Of a stretch of DNA of 63,828 nucleotides, positions 27,230-41,192 are shown piece after piece. Under the pieces are notes generated by a model. That model was not told the origin of the DNA. It saw nothing but the letters and a program-made list of their open reading frames with translations, and did no database searches. How positions within the stretch are numbered: the stretch's first letter is position 1; the number at the start of each line of letters is the position of its first letter. The DNA is from Octopus bimaculoides. Its lineage: Eukaryota. The position numbers and the translations under genes are program-made. The stretch lies in contig NC_069001.1 in the NCBI RefSeq assembly GCF_001194135.2, positions 27,483,636 to 27,547,463 on the forward strand, in the 5' to 3' direction.

Positions 27230-27733
27230 TGTTTTCAACCATCAACATCACCACTTTTAAATAATAAGGTTTTTTAAGTTCCTGAGACAGAGGCTTGCCC
27301 ATTTTCTTGGACACCTTGTGTCTACAATTCAGAGTCCAAAGACGAACATACCAACAACCCATGTGGTGAATGGTTTTGTAGGCAGTTAATTCACCTTATA
27401 TAGCAAAATAATAGACTGGCCAAGTTTGTTTGTTATGGTAGAACACATATGTTACTTTTGATTGTTTTGGATTGTATACATCAATGACAAACTACCTAAT
27501 AACACAGTATACTACCTGGTGGATGTAGACTTTTGCAAATACATTTTTATAAGTTATATGATTTTAAGAATCAATGTGAAATTTTTAAAATGTAATTTTT
27601 ATATCAAAGGAAAGTGTGATGCATCTGCTTATTATTGAACAATCATTGGAATTGAAAAATGTGTTGTTCCCTGTTAAATTGTACAAAATATATAAATTTT
27701 CAAAGGGGGTGTAGACTTTTGCAAGGCACTGTA
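27230..27733 (-). mobile_element. Tc1-like transposon 5' end (TIR plus transposase start)
   Basis: Minus strand begins TA-CAGTGCCTTGCAAAAGTCTACACC. The motif TGTAGACTTTTGCAA recurs at about 27523 and 27710 (IR/DR-type). The frame begins MGKPLSQELK. Confidence 0.7.
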
Positions 27734-28460
27734 TGATGATGGTGATGAGAAGGGAGTAAGAAGGGAAGAAGAAGGATATAAAAGATATGGTGGTGTTAGT
27801 GGTGGTGGTCTTGTTGTTGTTGCTGTTGCTGTTGGTGGTAGTGGTGGTGGTAGTAGTGGTGAGTGTTTAGATATGACGGTTGTGCTGACGGTGTAATAAT
27901 GACAATGTTTCCGGAGTAATGATGGCGATGATGATAATGATGATGATGGTGAAGGTGATGAGGATGATGATCATAATAACGACCATGGTGACGATGATGA
28001 CGATACTGATGATGTTGATGATGATGATGATGATAATGATGATGAGGAGGAGGAGGAAGAGGAGAATGAGTAGGATGATGATGATGATGACGTAGGCAAT
28101 GACGAGGACAACGGCAATGATGATGATGATGAGGAGGAGGAGGAGGAAGAGGAGAATGAGTAGGATGATGATACTGATGATGATGATGATGATGATGAAG
28201 ATGACGTAGGCAATGACGAGGACAACGACAATAATGATGATGATGATGATGATGATCAGGATGAGGAGGAGGAGGAGGTGGAGAATGAGTAGGATGATGA
28301 TGATAATGATGATACTGATGATGATGATGAAGAAGAAGATGACGTAGGCAGTGACGAGGACAACGACAATAATAATGATGGTGATAATGATGATCAGGAT
28401 GATGAGGAGGAGGAGAATGAGTAGGAGGATGATGATGTGAATGATGACGATGAGGAGGCG
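27733..28460. repeat. Compound GAT/GAG/GGT trinucleotide low-complexity tract with higher-order units
   Basis: GAGAATGAGTAGGA occurs four times and GACGTAGGCA(A/G)TGACGAGGACAAC three times, embedded in (GAT)n/(GAG)n. Confidence 0.9.
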
Positions 28461-28848
28461 TAGGATAGGAGGGTAACGACCACGCCGATGCTGACGCTGA
28501 TAAGAATGATGTCGTCGATATTCACTGCGGTTGAATAATAAAATTGAAATGCAAATTAAAATGAGTTTTGTGAATTTTTCATGAATTTCAAATAGATTTA
28601 TAACGAATGTATATTTAAATGTATATTATAACACGGAAATGTAAATATCATTAAGCAATATGATATGTGGATGATAAATAATGCGAGATGAATGTCTTAC
28701 GTTACCTAAAGTGTATATGAATCTATAATAGTGCTATGAACATACTTGTTTATACTCATATGTATACACATCCATCCATTCACACACACACACACACACA
28801 CGCGCGCAGATATATATATAAATATATCACTATACATACATGCATTTA

Positions 28849-28896
<48 letters not shown>

Positions 28897-29408
28897 NNNN
28901 NNNNNNNNNNNNNNNNNNNNNNNNNNNNNNNNNNNNNNNNNNNNNNNNNNNNNNNNNNNNNNNNNNNNNNNNNNNNNNNNNNNNNNNNNNNNNNNNNNNN
29001 NNNNNNNNNNNNNNNNNNNNNNNNNNNNNNNNNNNNNNNNNNNNNNNNNNNNNNNNNNNNNNNNNNNNNNNNNNNNNNNNNNNNNNNNNNNNNNNNNNNN
29101 NNNNNNNNNNNNNNNNNNNNNNNNNNNNNNNNNNNNNNNNNNNNNNNNNNNNNNNNNNNNNNNNNNNNNNNNNNNNNNNNNNNNNNNNNNNNNNNNNNNN
29201 NNNNNNNNNNNNNNNNNNNNNNNNNNNNNNNNNNNNNNNNNNNNNNNNNNNNNNNNNNNNNNNNNNNNNNNNNNNNNNNNNNNNNNNNNNNNNNNNNNNN
29301 NNNNNNNNNNNNNNNNNNNNNNNNNNNNNNNNNNNNNNNNNNNNNNNNNNNNNNNNNNNNNNNNNNNNNNNNNNNNNNNNNNNNNNNNNNNNNNNNNNNN
29401 NNNNNNNN

Positions 29409-29476
<68 letters not shown>

Positions 29477-29855
29477 TGTATATGCCTGCAGTGCTCATGC
29501 AGGTCATATCCAATATCTCACTCTTTCTCTTGCTCTCTCACTCTCTTTCTTTCCCTCTCCCTCCCTCTCCTTTTAAACACCCTCTCTTTCTCTCTTTCAC
29601 TCACTCCTATGACATCTATTCTGTGTGTTTTGGAAGAACAAAAATATTTATTTCCAGAGATAGTTAGCTTAAATTTATGATCTCGTATGGACTATAATGC
29701 AACGTTAGCAGACAACATATTTGAATAAACACATGAAAGAGTACAGGAATAAATATAAAAAATGTGTGTGACGTCTCTATGAACATTTACACACGCATTC
29801 ATGCATTTATATGGATATATATATGAATATATTTATATATGTATATGCATACAAT

Positions 29856-29887
<32 letters not shown>

Positions 29888-29939
29888 GTATGTATATATA
29901 TATATATATACATATACATACATACACGCATCTACATAC

Positions 29940-29992
<53 letters not shown>

Positions 29993-30020
29993 CATACATA
30001 CATACATACATACAAGCATC

Positions 30021-30094
<74 letters not shown>

Positions 30095-32504
30095 TATGAA
30101 AATGAGGAAATTTATTCAAATCCCAATTAATCTCCGGTAGTAACCGAAAAGAAGAAACACAGAAACAGCATAGAAATTTACAATATAGACTATATTGAGC
30201 GAACGACATTAATTTGACATTAAGCTATACGGAGAACAAAACAAGAAGGAAAAAATAGCGTCATGAAGCTAGAATATTAACTGTTATTGAAAATAGATCA
30301 GAAATTTGCCACAAAATCCTTTATTTTTATGTTTCCATTAGGCTTAATATAAAACGTATTTATAGGGTGAATTTCATTGGGTAGAAGGCAAAAGTGGGCT
30401 TTAATATTCATTTAAAACACATAGATTAATATCAGTAGGTGTTTTTTTCTTACTTTCCTTCTAACTATAGTTGGAAGTATCAATAAGATTATTGAAACTG
30501 TTGGATTCAATGATATTCTATCACACGCGGGAAAATGAAATGTAATCTTTAGAATGCGATTGCTTCTATAATACATTTCAAGCCAATTGCTTATATACCT
30601 AAGAGAAATTATTACAGAATAAGCATTTAATTTACATGAATATATCTGACGATATGTGAAAACCAATTGCTATTCGAAAAACGTGTTAATGCACAAGAAT
30701 GCATATACCTCTTCACACATGTGTATATGGATATACGTTACTGTATCGAATAGGAGGGAAATTACTCAGTGCAAGTATAAGAGTATAGTAAATATTTATT
30801 GATACAAATATGCGTATTCCTCTTATGTTGTGCAGTAATTCTGTTCGAAGTCAGACGGATACAATGGTGAGAAAAAAATGTTTTTAATGTGTCATTTCTT
30901 TCAAATGTGACGGCCTTTTATACGGAACCTCACAGGAATTCGAGACGGTTCATTCAAATGTATATACGTCCATTCACACACATACGCACCAGAAACACAC
31001 ACATACACACATACGCATATATATATACACAAATATAGGCGTGTGTTTGAGAGCGTGTGTGTGTGTGTCTGTATGTGTGTGAATGGATATTAATCGTTTT
31101 CCATTTAGTTCGTAACACACTTGACGTGAACTACTGTGTTGATCCATTTTGTTGTACCTGGAAAGGGTCATAACTCCAATAATAAACACACACACTGGTT
31201 GGAATTCACTTCTTAATTATTATTCATCAAAGTATAACTATCTAACCAGTTAAGTAATCGATCGACTGATTAATCATTCGGTTAATTAATCAATCTACTG
31301 TGCTTTTCAAATTTATGTTGTTGCCAGTGGTGACGGTTCCATGAAGATATGTGATTAGAGAATTCATACTGAAAAGAGTTTGACAAACACAACTGATTGA
31401 TTGATTAACTGAATGTTTAATATGTTTAACTATTAATTATTTGGTTAAATAACTAAGTAATCGAACAATAAAGAAGTGTAAATGTCCTTATCTCATATCA
31501 GTATGACATTGTTATAATTTCCTTGCTCATGTTTCACAACTACACTTTATCCGCCATCGGGCCAAAGTATCCACTTGTGAAACGTTCTGTGATATGAAAT
31601 AACTCTCGTCAAGAAAACACAGTGACTACCCAGAGTTAGAAATCCATACACTGCCTCTAATATGCTCAAACACACATGACGGATAGCTACTTATCGATAT
31701 AGTCAAAGAAATTTCATTGACACCAGCAAATTATTAGGATAAAGTAGACGATATATTTTTTTTTATGATGTATAATTGTGTTCATTGCAGTTCATTTTTA
31801 TGCGTTACAAATCTGAGCGAGATATCCACTGGTTATATATCGAATTGATAATGCCGATATCAGTAGAATATTTAACCGTGTAACTATCACACACACATGC
31901 ACACGCACAAACACAAACACACACACACACACACACACGCGCGCGCGCGTAAACATAACTCAATATCAGGGTTTCGACTAAATTATCGGATGGTGGTACA
32001 CATCGCTCGTCACAATTCACTTCGCATCGTTTTATCTTTCGAATGATTGATACCGTCTCCCCCGCTGGGCCAATATTACCCCTGTTCGGGGTAATATGTA
32101 TGTTCAATTTAGACGACAATTTATTTATTGCAACCTGTATATATTTGTCTGTGTATATATATATATATATATATATAATCGAACACACATACACAATACA
32201 TGTAATTTGCTTGTTCGCTGCAACTTAACTGGGAGGAGATGACTGTCTCAAAGCGCCGGGTGTTTTAAGAAAGTGAAAATCATAGCTATAAATAGGTGAG
32301 ACAACTCGCCTATCATCGCTCCCGTTCAGGAGCGATGGACATCGATGAGTTGTCCTTTTGAGGCTTCTTATCATCCCGTACCAGAAACATACTGGATGCA
32401 GACACTGAATATCTTGTCCATGACTATATGCAAAATGGTGAAAAATGCATCTATTGGTATGCTCGAACAATGCCTACGGAAAGATATAATATTCGTGTGT
32501 GTGT

Positions 32505-32539
<35 letters not shown>

Positions 32540-33884
32540 ATTAATAAATTCCAAAAAGGGATAAAAATCTTTTACAAGAATTTTATCAGGAAGTCAGTGT
32601 GTAAAAAAAATTCATACGGGAAATTTCTATTCCCAAGAATATAATTATTCGTTTATATTTATATAAGGGCATTACTACAGAATAATGCCACACACTAGAC
32701 TTCCCAAATAAACACATTTTAGTACCGAATGCAAGGAAAACAACCAACAGAAGAAACCAAGTATTTATTTACCTTTTTATTTCCTTTAAAAATCGGCACG
32801 AACTTTCCGGACAACCCAATATACATTTCCATTTGGCAGTGAAAGTGATTAATTTATGTGATTCTTGTAATTTCACCACAAATTATTGCGTTCAGGTCTT
32901 GTTGAATACTTTTTGTATAATATATAACTACTCTTCATTCACGAACGCTACCTCACCTCATATATTGCAATAGCGATACTTTTTTGTTTTCGTTTTCTGC
33001 GATAATGATTCAGGTGAGACATCCGTTCGTAAACATTAGCTTTGACAAAACCAGTGTGTGCTTCTCTGCACAGCACGTAGGAAGATGTATATAATTTTTA
33101 TACTTGTTCGTGACAGTTGAGAGCGAAGAATTTATTGAAATAATTACCACTATTACCAAATTTGGACAGCGTTAACTAAATATTAGGTTTTAAAATAAGA
33201 TATTGTTTGTTTCATATAAAATTATACTGTTCTTAATATTAATGTCTCTTTACATATTGATCATCAATACAGAAGCGTGTTTCCTCCACATTATGTCAGT
33301 AGGAAGATCCGGAACCGAATATTTCACATGACGTAATCTGGATTTTTGTCATAGAGAGTATGAAAAATAAATATGTTGTAATTTAACATATTTGTATTAT
33401 TTAGTTCAATTTCTATGTGAAATCTTTGTTCATTCGTCAGGTGCAAAACTTTTATTAACCAATTATTTAAGCCTCATATACTTTGATAAATATTAGTTGA
33501 GGTCTATGTTTCTGGACAACTATCTTAGCGAATAAAATATTCACTGCCTCTCTCCGACCCATATAGGATTCACTTACGCATATATAGTTGTTAGCCACAG
33601 TGTATATACTTTCAAAAGGACCTCACCGTTCCACATTGATAATAATCGTCACGTAGATAATAATCGTTCCACATTGATAATAATCGTTTCGGAGTACATA
33701 CACGTATGCATAAATAAAAGTAAATTATGTACCTCGGGGTGTCCGCATATACGGACAAACAGGTACTGCTGCATATATATGCAGTATGTTCTTTTACTAG
33801 AAGGTCGTTGTGGTCTTCAGCAAGACATTTTATTTGACGTTGTTCCAGTCAACTAACCGGCAAAAATGAGTAGCACTAAGGCTT

Positions 33885-34022
33885 GCTGAATCTCCCTACG
33901 AACTACATTAAACGTGACGTACCTGTAATGAGCTCAGCCACTTGCACGTTAATTTCACGAGCAGGTGGTTCCGTTAATTAGATTAGCTGGAACCCACGTC
34001 GTCGAACTGACAGAGTGCCATT
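33885..34022 (+). mobile_element. SINE family A 3' fragment
   Basis: CTCAGCCACTTGCACGTTAATTTCACGAGCAG...GAGTGCC matches the family A tail; directly followed by a family C head. Confidence 0.8.
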
Positions 34023-34030
34023 GAATTAAC

Positions 34031-34170
34031 GTGTGGTAAGAAGCTTGATTCCCAACCACATGGTTCCGGGTTCAGTCCCAATGCGTGGTACCTTGGGGAA
34101 GTGTCTTCTACTATAACCACGGGCCGACCAAAGCCTTGTGAATGGATTTGCTTGATGGAAACTGAAAGGA
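34031..34170 (+). mobile_element. SINE family C 5' half
   Basis: GTGTGGTAAGAAGCTTG...GGTTCAGTCCC...CCGACCAAAGCCTTGTGAATGGATTTG. Confidence 0.85.
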
Positions 34171-34489
34171 ACATCATTGTAGTTGTCCCTTATTACTCTT
34201 TTCCTTTTCTCCCCATATTTTCTTTTATTGACGATCTACTACTGTTTAACCACTCAAAAGAAAAAAAAAACACGGAAGTGACAGCAGCAGTCCTTTTTAC
34301 ATTGAAGCCATTTATTAAATTTAAAAAAAAATTATTATTTAATTTGAACCAACCGTTCTGCAAATTAATGCCACGAACTTCTTATCTTAAGTCTGTTAGT
34401 AAAATGTTTTCTTTTTTCATTTTAATTTTTAAAAAATGTTCCGTGAAAACAAAGACTGGACCGCTGTGGTCCTCTCAATTGCTTTAGTA

Positions 34490-34960
34490 AATAGATGAAA
34501 ATAAGAAATTCGTATCACGAAACATGTTCTCGTTTTTTTACTTAGTATTCGAGAAATTCTATGACACACATGACCAGCTGATTAAATACTGTTCGGTGAC
34601 ACGAGGCACACGAAGATGGCCAATGGCACAGTTTTTGAACTTGATTAACACAGCAGTATGAAATGCTTTTTGTTATATAGTTAAGAGCACACGCAGTCGA
34701 AAGAGGAAAACAAAATCCAATCTAGGATCGAATTTTTAAAAAATGCTGGCTAAAGAACTCCTTGGTGATGAAGAACCCGAAGAAGCAATTTCAGTATACG
34801 AAAAGTAAGAAAATATGTAACTCACGAGGATTTTGCGGGATTTTCCCTTGAAGAAAGAAGAAAGTATATGATGGAATTAGCTTTCAAAAATGTCAGACAT
34901 TTGCATGCGAAAGTCACAGCGATGGAACAGTTTTGTGCTTTAACTGTATGAATATCTACT
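34490..34960 (+). mobile_element. Decayed piggyBac-like transposase C-terminal half
   Basis: YDTHDQLIKYCSVTRGTRRWPMAQFLNLINTAV-NA (compare DQL...S..R.TRRWP...F..L...A..NA) and Cys-rich CQTFACESHSDGTVLCFNC. Stops and frameshifts. Confidence 0.75.
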
Positions 34961-35144
34961 TTTCAATGAAAATTTAACTTGGACTTGCGTGGTCAAATAC
35001 ATATGTCTATGTAATAGTTTTTCATGTTTCCCAGGGTTATAATCAACTTTGCTACCGTACCTTACCTTACAGCTGGGTTCAGTTTATAGTTGTCTGCGTT
35101 GTGGCGTCATTTTATTTTCTTCATATTATACTTGGATATAAAGT

Positions 35145-35360
35145 GGCAAGCCGGCAGATATCTTTAGCAGGCGATGTAAAATGCTTATACGGAATGTCTT
35201 CCGACTTTACGTTCTGAGTGAAAATGGCGCCGGGTCCACTTTATCTTTCATCATTTGAGGGTCGATAAAATAAGTACCAGATAATTACTGGGATTGATAT
35301 AATTGATTAGCCCTCTTTCAACAAAAATTGCTGGCTCCATGCGAAAATTTGAAACCATTA
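35145..35360 (+). mobile_element. SINE family B, diverged
   Basis: GTGGCAAGCCGGCAGA...ACGTTCTGAGT...GGTCGATAAAATAAGTACCAG. Confidence 0.7.
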
Positions 35361-35570
35361 TTTTCTTGAGTATAAGGGGGACAAAGAAAGAAACAAAACA
35401 CCGTCACTGTCGTGACTTCTGGTACCTGACTGAGGAAAGAAGGCCAGGAATGAGCCGTCTCTTTTTGCTTGTCCTTCTAATTGTTGTTTCTCTTGCCCGA
35501 TTCTCTTTCTCTTGCTCGTCTATCTGTCCGAATGTTTTATTGTCCTCTATTGCATTTTTGTTCCATTGTC

Positions 35571-35606
<36 letters not shown>

Positions 35607-35624
35607 GTATACAGACAGTTTTTT

Positions 35625-35745
35625 CTATTTTCCATGTACCAAATCCGCTCACAAGGCTTTGGTTGGCCAAAAGTGCCACGTAGCGGGATTGAAACCCGGA
35701 AACGTAGTTGGGAAGCAAGCTTCTTACTACCCAGCCATTGCCTGC
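35625..35745 (-). mobile_element. SINE family C 5' half
   Basis: Reverse complement of GGCTGGGTAGTAAGAAGCTTGCTTCCCAAC...CCAACCAAAGCCTTGTGAGCGGATTTGG. Confidence 0.8.
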
Positions 35746-36376
35746 ACCTATATTAGGGTAGTCATATAATATTTGATAGTACCAACGCGGATTACTTGCG
35801 CTCGGTTTAGATCGATCTACTATAGGATTATGAAGCATTTGTAAACATGCACAACCACGAGTGAGCGTATATTTGTACGTATGCACACACTGATGTACGT
35901 GTACGCATATGTGTGTACGTATGTACAACCCGTGTATGTGTGTGTATATGTGTGTACCTATGAATAAATTTGTATGTGTGATACATGCAATTGCATGTAG
36001 TTATCAGCAGATTGCTCACCTGATAAAAAATCGAATTTATTAAGTTGTATAGAAAAGCGTGACTAATAAACATCGTTTAGTAACTAATAGGAAGATTTCA
36101 GATATCATAAAAAAAAAGGTGTATTTGTGTTCATGGAATGTGATACGTAGCATGTCATAAATTGGTTAGCAGAATGTAATTCCACACTTCGGTATAGAAG
36201 AAACTATTCGCAGCATTATGGCTACTAAGTGAAGTAGTCCTAATGTTGAGAGACAGGTGTTGGTTGCTTATGGTGAAAAAACGAAAAATATATCAGGCAT
36301 TGCCAAAGTTCTATACTTTTGTAGAGAAGGTGCACAATGGATGAAGTGATATAAGCAAGCTAACAATTTACATACT

Positions 36377-36414
<38 letters not shown>

Positions 36415-36557
36415 TATATAGATATAGATAGATAGATACCTGCATACGAGCATGCATACTTACTTAAACATATACATACACACAGACGCATATGCATGTA
36501 TGTGTATATATATATAAGTACATATCTTATATGTATGTATGTATCCCAGTATGTATG

Positions 36558-36646
<89 letters not shown>

Positions 36647-36648
<2 letters not shown>

Positions 36649-36935
36649 TGGTTGTCTACTCCTTAAACAGAGTTTGACCACCTCCTGTACCTACACCTTA
36701 GTCCTTTCATGGCGTCTGATGTGGCTTTTTAAACCAGACAGTGTTTTGAAAAAAACCCCACACAGATTGCACCTCTGATTTGCACTACCAATACCTGCAA
36801 GTAAGTGCTGCTCATTGTGGATCCTAACATGTCTTTTAAGACCCCCATTGGATTTGCAAACCCTCTGGCACACACCACATTCAAACGTGTGCACAGGCAT
36901 ATAATCAGAATAGCTGGATGAGGTTTGTTTTCCAT
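36647..36935 (-). mobile_element. 5'-truncated retroelement tail (RTE-like) encoding two C2H2 zinc fingers
   Basis: Open frame with CGVC-X12-HVRIH and CNLC-X12-HIRRH, stop at 36691, a short 3' UTR (...GGAGTAGACAACCACC) and (TA)n on both flanks. The GLKSH.R.H ending resembles RTE ORF C-termini (inference). Confidence 0.6.
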
Positions 36936-37174
36936 GGGTATATATATATATACTCACACAAATATACATCTATATGTATGCACACACACACACACACAAT
37001 ATATATGGGAGCATATATTCGGCATTTGTTATAATGTAGCATAATATATCTGTAGTTATTAAATAAATAAGTAAATTGGAGATCGTTTCATTATATACAG
37101 GAATAGCGTTTTACGTTATATGAAGATGCAGTATTTTATTTTTATTATAGATTATTTTGCTAAAATAGATTAGA

Positions 37175-37390
37175 TTCTTTCCTACTCTAAGTACAAAGCC
37201 CGAAATTTTGGGAGACGGGGCCAGTCGATTAGATCGACCCCAGTACGCAATTAGTACTTAAAATATCGACCTCGAAAGGGTAAAAGGCAAAGTCGACCTT
37301 GGCAGAATTTGATCTCAGAAGGTAAAGTCAGACGAAATAACGGTAAGCATTTCGCCTGGCGTGCTAACCTCTCTGCTAGCTCACCGCCTT
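37175..37390 (-). mobile_element. SINE family B copy
   Basis: Reverse complement of GGCGGTGAGCTAGCAGA...GGTCGACTTTGCCTTT...GGGGTCGAT. Confidence 0.8.
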
Positions 37391-37779
37391 TAAAGTAAAT
37401 TAAATTAGAACTCTTTAGCAGTTCAAATAAGTGTTGCTATTTAAAGATGATTTATCAAATATATAATTTAACTTAATTTACTCTGCGAAACTAAGAAAGA
37501 AATAACTCGCATGCTAAGAATTTATAGTTAAGGAGATGTTACTTATATATATTACGAAAGAAATAAAAATTCTGGAATATACACATTTATATATATTATG
37601 CATATGTTAGAAATAACCTTATTTAGGCAATATATTATATATATTTATATTGTATAAAATTATAGATATAAATGCTTGTTCTAATAAGGATCTAATTAAC
37701 ATAGTTTCAAATTTAGTAAAAATATTTATGGTTAAGAAGAAACCAAAACATTTAGTGATATTAATACTTAAAGAATGAT

Positions 37780-39330
37780 AAATGATATTTATGAAATAGA
37801 TATTTAGGAGTGTGTAAGACAAGCCGAACATTTTTCAACTCTCATTTAATAATTATTTACTAGAAAAAATGTTATAGCACTCTGAAGTGTAGAATTGACA
37901 ATTTCTATCTGGTGTATTGTAAGATTTTGTAGAACATATAATATTTCATCTAATTTTAAAACTGATATTAATGTCTTCTAATTTCCAGATGAATTTACTA
38001 AGACTAGTCGAAGAGCGTTTACTGGGATTTCTAAAAAATATTCATGGTTAGCCAATATAAATTTCATATATGATTCCGTAGAACCAATGTAGAAAAAGAG
38101 CTTCTACTATTGCTTCGTATACGAAATCCTTCCGTTTGCAATAATTATTAATTTTACATTGCTCTTTAACCCTACAATCATAGAACTTACGAAGATTTTC
38201 ACTAGAATTAGTAGGTGTGTTATGGGCAGTAGTCTCCCTTTGATCGTTTATAATTGAATATTTTAATTGGGTTTTATGTGGTACATTAGGTGTTGGTTCA
38301 TTAGTAGGGATATTGAATTTTCGCTTAGCGTAAAAATTAACTAATTTTACATAATTCATAGGAGATACGAGAAATGGAATGACCACATATGAAATGTCTA
38401 TTCTGAATTATGTCACTCTATTTGTTTTTATTACGAGAGAAATTTTGGTTTATTATCCGACGTATAAATTTAATTAAGTTTCTTTTTTCTTGATTAGCGA
38501 AGGGCAATATTAAGCAGATAATATTCTCCTTTATCTTATTTTTACTAGAACTTAAGATTAACATAGTTTGTTATAATGAATTTTATGTATGGTATATAAC
38601 ATTTATTTTTTCTTCTTTATTTGTAATTAGTATTAATGTTGATATTATTATTGTAAGATCCCATGTTCCTATTGATCTGGTCAATGGCTAATTTATTATT
38701 TATATTATTCTGATTTTGGTCATAACGTGCTTTTGGTTTTTTATGTTTAGTGTGTAATATATGTACTTTATGTTGCTATTATCAATATCAGGAAATGCGT
38801 TAGTCTTAGGTCTTATCTTTGTCGTTTCTACTACTCTGTTTCTATGTTGGTTATTTTTGTTCAGTATATAGTTATTGTCTAATCTATTAGTTGCTTTAGC
38901 TTTATTTATTGTATTAATCATAGCTTTGGTGCTAAGTTTTTTTTTTGTATGAAGGTTGTAGTTTCTTTCTTGTAGATGATTGTTTGTTATTAATTCTATG
39001 TAAACCATGCTTAATATACATAGTTTTCTGTACGTACCATGCTTTACAAATGCAATATCATATAATTCTTTGTTGTCGTTAAATATATCTTCATTTAATG
39101 AGAGGTAATTTATTCTTTTTTTTCTACGTTATTAACTAAATAACTTTGGGTGATTTCTTTTTCATATTAATATAAGTCCTTTTGGAGTTAGACTTATGGG
39201 ATGGCACATATTTTCCAGCATTAAGATTAACATTCAGGTTTTAAAATTTAACTGAGTTGTGCTATGTTTCAACTGAAATAATTAATCCAAAACAGTTAAA
39301 GAACTTGTGGAATTTTTTCCTGAATAATTC
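37780..39330 (-). mobile_element. Decayed Penelope-like element (RT thumb, linker, GIY-YIG endonuclease)
   Basis: FGLIISVE...GKYVPSHK.N..YIN; NIIC..LPFA; CRVKEQC.IN.YC.RKD.VYEA.VE...YIG; FRNPSKRSSTSLSKFIWKL...IR-NI...SYN...C. These follow Penelope ORF order. May extend to about 40070. Confidence 0.75.
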
Positions 39331-39337
39331 TTGTGTG

Positions 39338-39556
39338 TACAGGGGGTGCGGTGAGGGCTGAAAAGATCTTGGCTTTAGGAAAAGAGAATGCAGGAGAATC
39401 AGATAATTATGATTTTACTCAACATAATTCCCTTCTCAGATTCACACACTTATGGCTAAGGTCCTTTCTTAACCCCGTAAAAGAAGTTAGAAGGCTGGAT
39501 GTCCATACAGGCTTTACATGATGGCCTTAAAGCCAGGATCTTTTCAGCTTCCTATC
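39338..39556 (-). mobile_element. Internally deleted mariner-like element, same family as 14862
   Basis: Contains TGATTTTACTCAACATAATTCCCTTCTCAGATT, the reverse complement of the 14862 interior; imperfect TIRs CTGAAAAGATCTTGGCTTTA / TAAAGCCAGGATCTTTTCAG. Confidence 0.7.
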
Positions 39557-40300
39557 CTTTACACACACACACACACACAACACGCGCACACACATACACA
39601 CATATACAAACCATTTTGTATATATAGTTACATTTTCTCCAGTCATACATAAAGATATACAAACGTGCATATTTTACATACACAACGATACATATATATA
39701 TGTTCGTATAAATACATTAAGTTAGAATTGCTAAGAGGGATGTAGGTAAATATTTCGAACAAAGTAATCCATACAACAGTATGAATTAATAGATTTTAAG
39801 ATAACTCTTGCTATTAGGAGAGTTATGAAGAAAATTATCACGAATATTAAACATGAATATTCCTAGAGCTAGAGATATTGATGAAATGAGAATATAATGT
39901 TTTTAAATATTCTATAGAATGAATCTAAGCTTGCAGAAACAATGTAGACTTCGAAAAATGCATTATTCAATTTTCTGTTTTTTATTGTTTCTAAATTAAA
40001 ATTGTAAAAATTAAATGAAATATAATATATTTTTTGAGGGGATAGCATTGAATTGATGATTCTGAATTTAATTGTCAGCAAAAATAAGAAAACGTACTCG
40101 AGATTATTGAGTCAAGACGAAAGGAAATGCCATTAGCTTCAATCGCGTGTCGAAAAGGTTTCATTTTTTTTAATGTACCACACAGTTTAACATTTTCATG
40201 CATTCTCCCATAGATACATATGCATATAGACAAACATATATGTATATATACATGTAAGGGTACACACACAGGCACACACACACACACTCAAGCACACACA

Positions 40301-40336
<36 letters not shown>

Positions 40337-40840
40337 AACGTACATGTATCTATATATCTGTTAACTAAATTCATCTACAATATATCAAAATATATGTATG
40401 CTTATATATGAATGCACATGTATCTCTCTTTTTATATATACGTATAAATATATGTGTGTGTGTGTGTGCGTGCACGAGCTAGCTTTTTGTATAATTCCAT
40501 TCAATGTATACATGAAATTAGGGATTTCCTGCCGAATAAATTATGTTCACTTCTCTTTATGCTGTCTATACTCCCGATAAGTGTGTATCAGTTTAGCAGA
40601 ATGTACGTTGTATCACAACATAAGATGTATTGTAATGTACATTGTGTTATGGCGGTGCAATAATTAGTTGTTTAACGTAGATCTTCCTATTGAGTAAACG
40701 ATAACATACGACATTATAAAAGATGACATCTTTACATATTTTGCGGACCCGTTTCATGCTTGTAGTTGTACATTTTTGTGTACCTAGTTCGTCTCACGGG
40801 AGAAGTCATGCTCTTTTCAGTAAGTTAGTTATGGAGTTCG

Positions 40841-41141
40841 CGGGCGTGGGTATGAGGTAAGAAGCTTGCTTCCCTACAACATGGATTCCAGTTCAGCCCC
40901 ACTGTATAGCATCTTGGGCAGGTGTCTTCTACTATAGCGTTGGGCTAACCAAAGTCTTGTCATTAAACTTGGTAGATGGAAATGGAAAGAAGCCCGTCGT
41001 ATATATATATATATATATATATATAAGCAATGTTAATTCTCTATATGAAGTATTAACAGTAACTGCACGATAAAGTGTAGTATATTGCAACAGTAACATC
41101 CACCCCTAGGGGTCAGCCACACTTAAGTGGCAATATACTAC

Positions 41142-41192
<51 letters not shown>

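Noticed and set aside
27971-28231. Poly-Ser ORF (-) and poly-Asp/Glu frame (+)
   Set aside because: Trinucleotide low-complexity sequence; the + frame has a TAG in each unit.
30640-30670. CTGACGA-TATGT-GAAA
   Set aside because: No room for stem II; likely chance.
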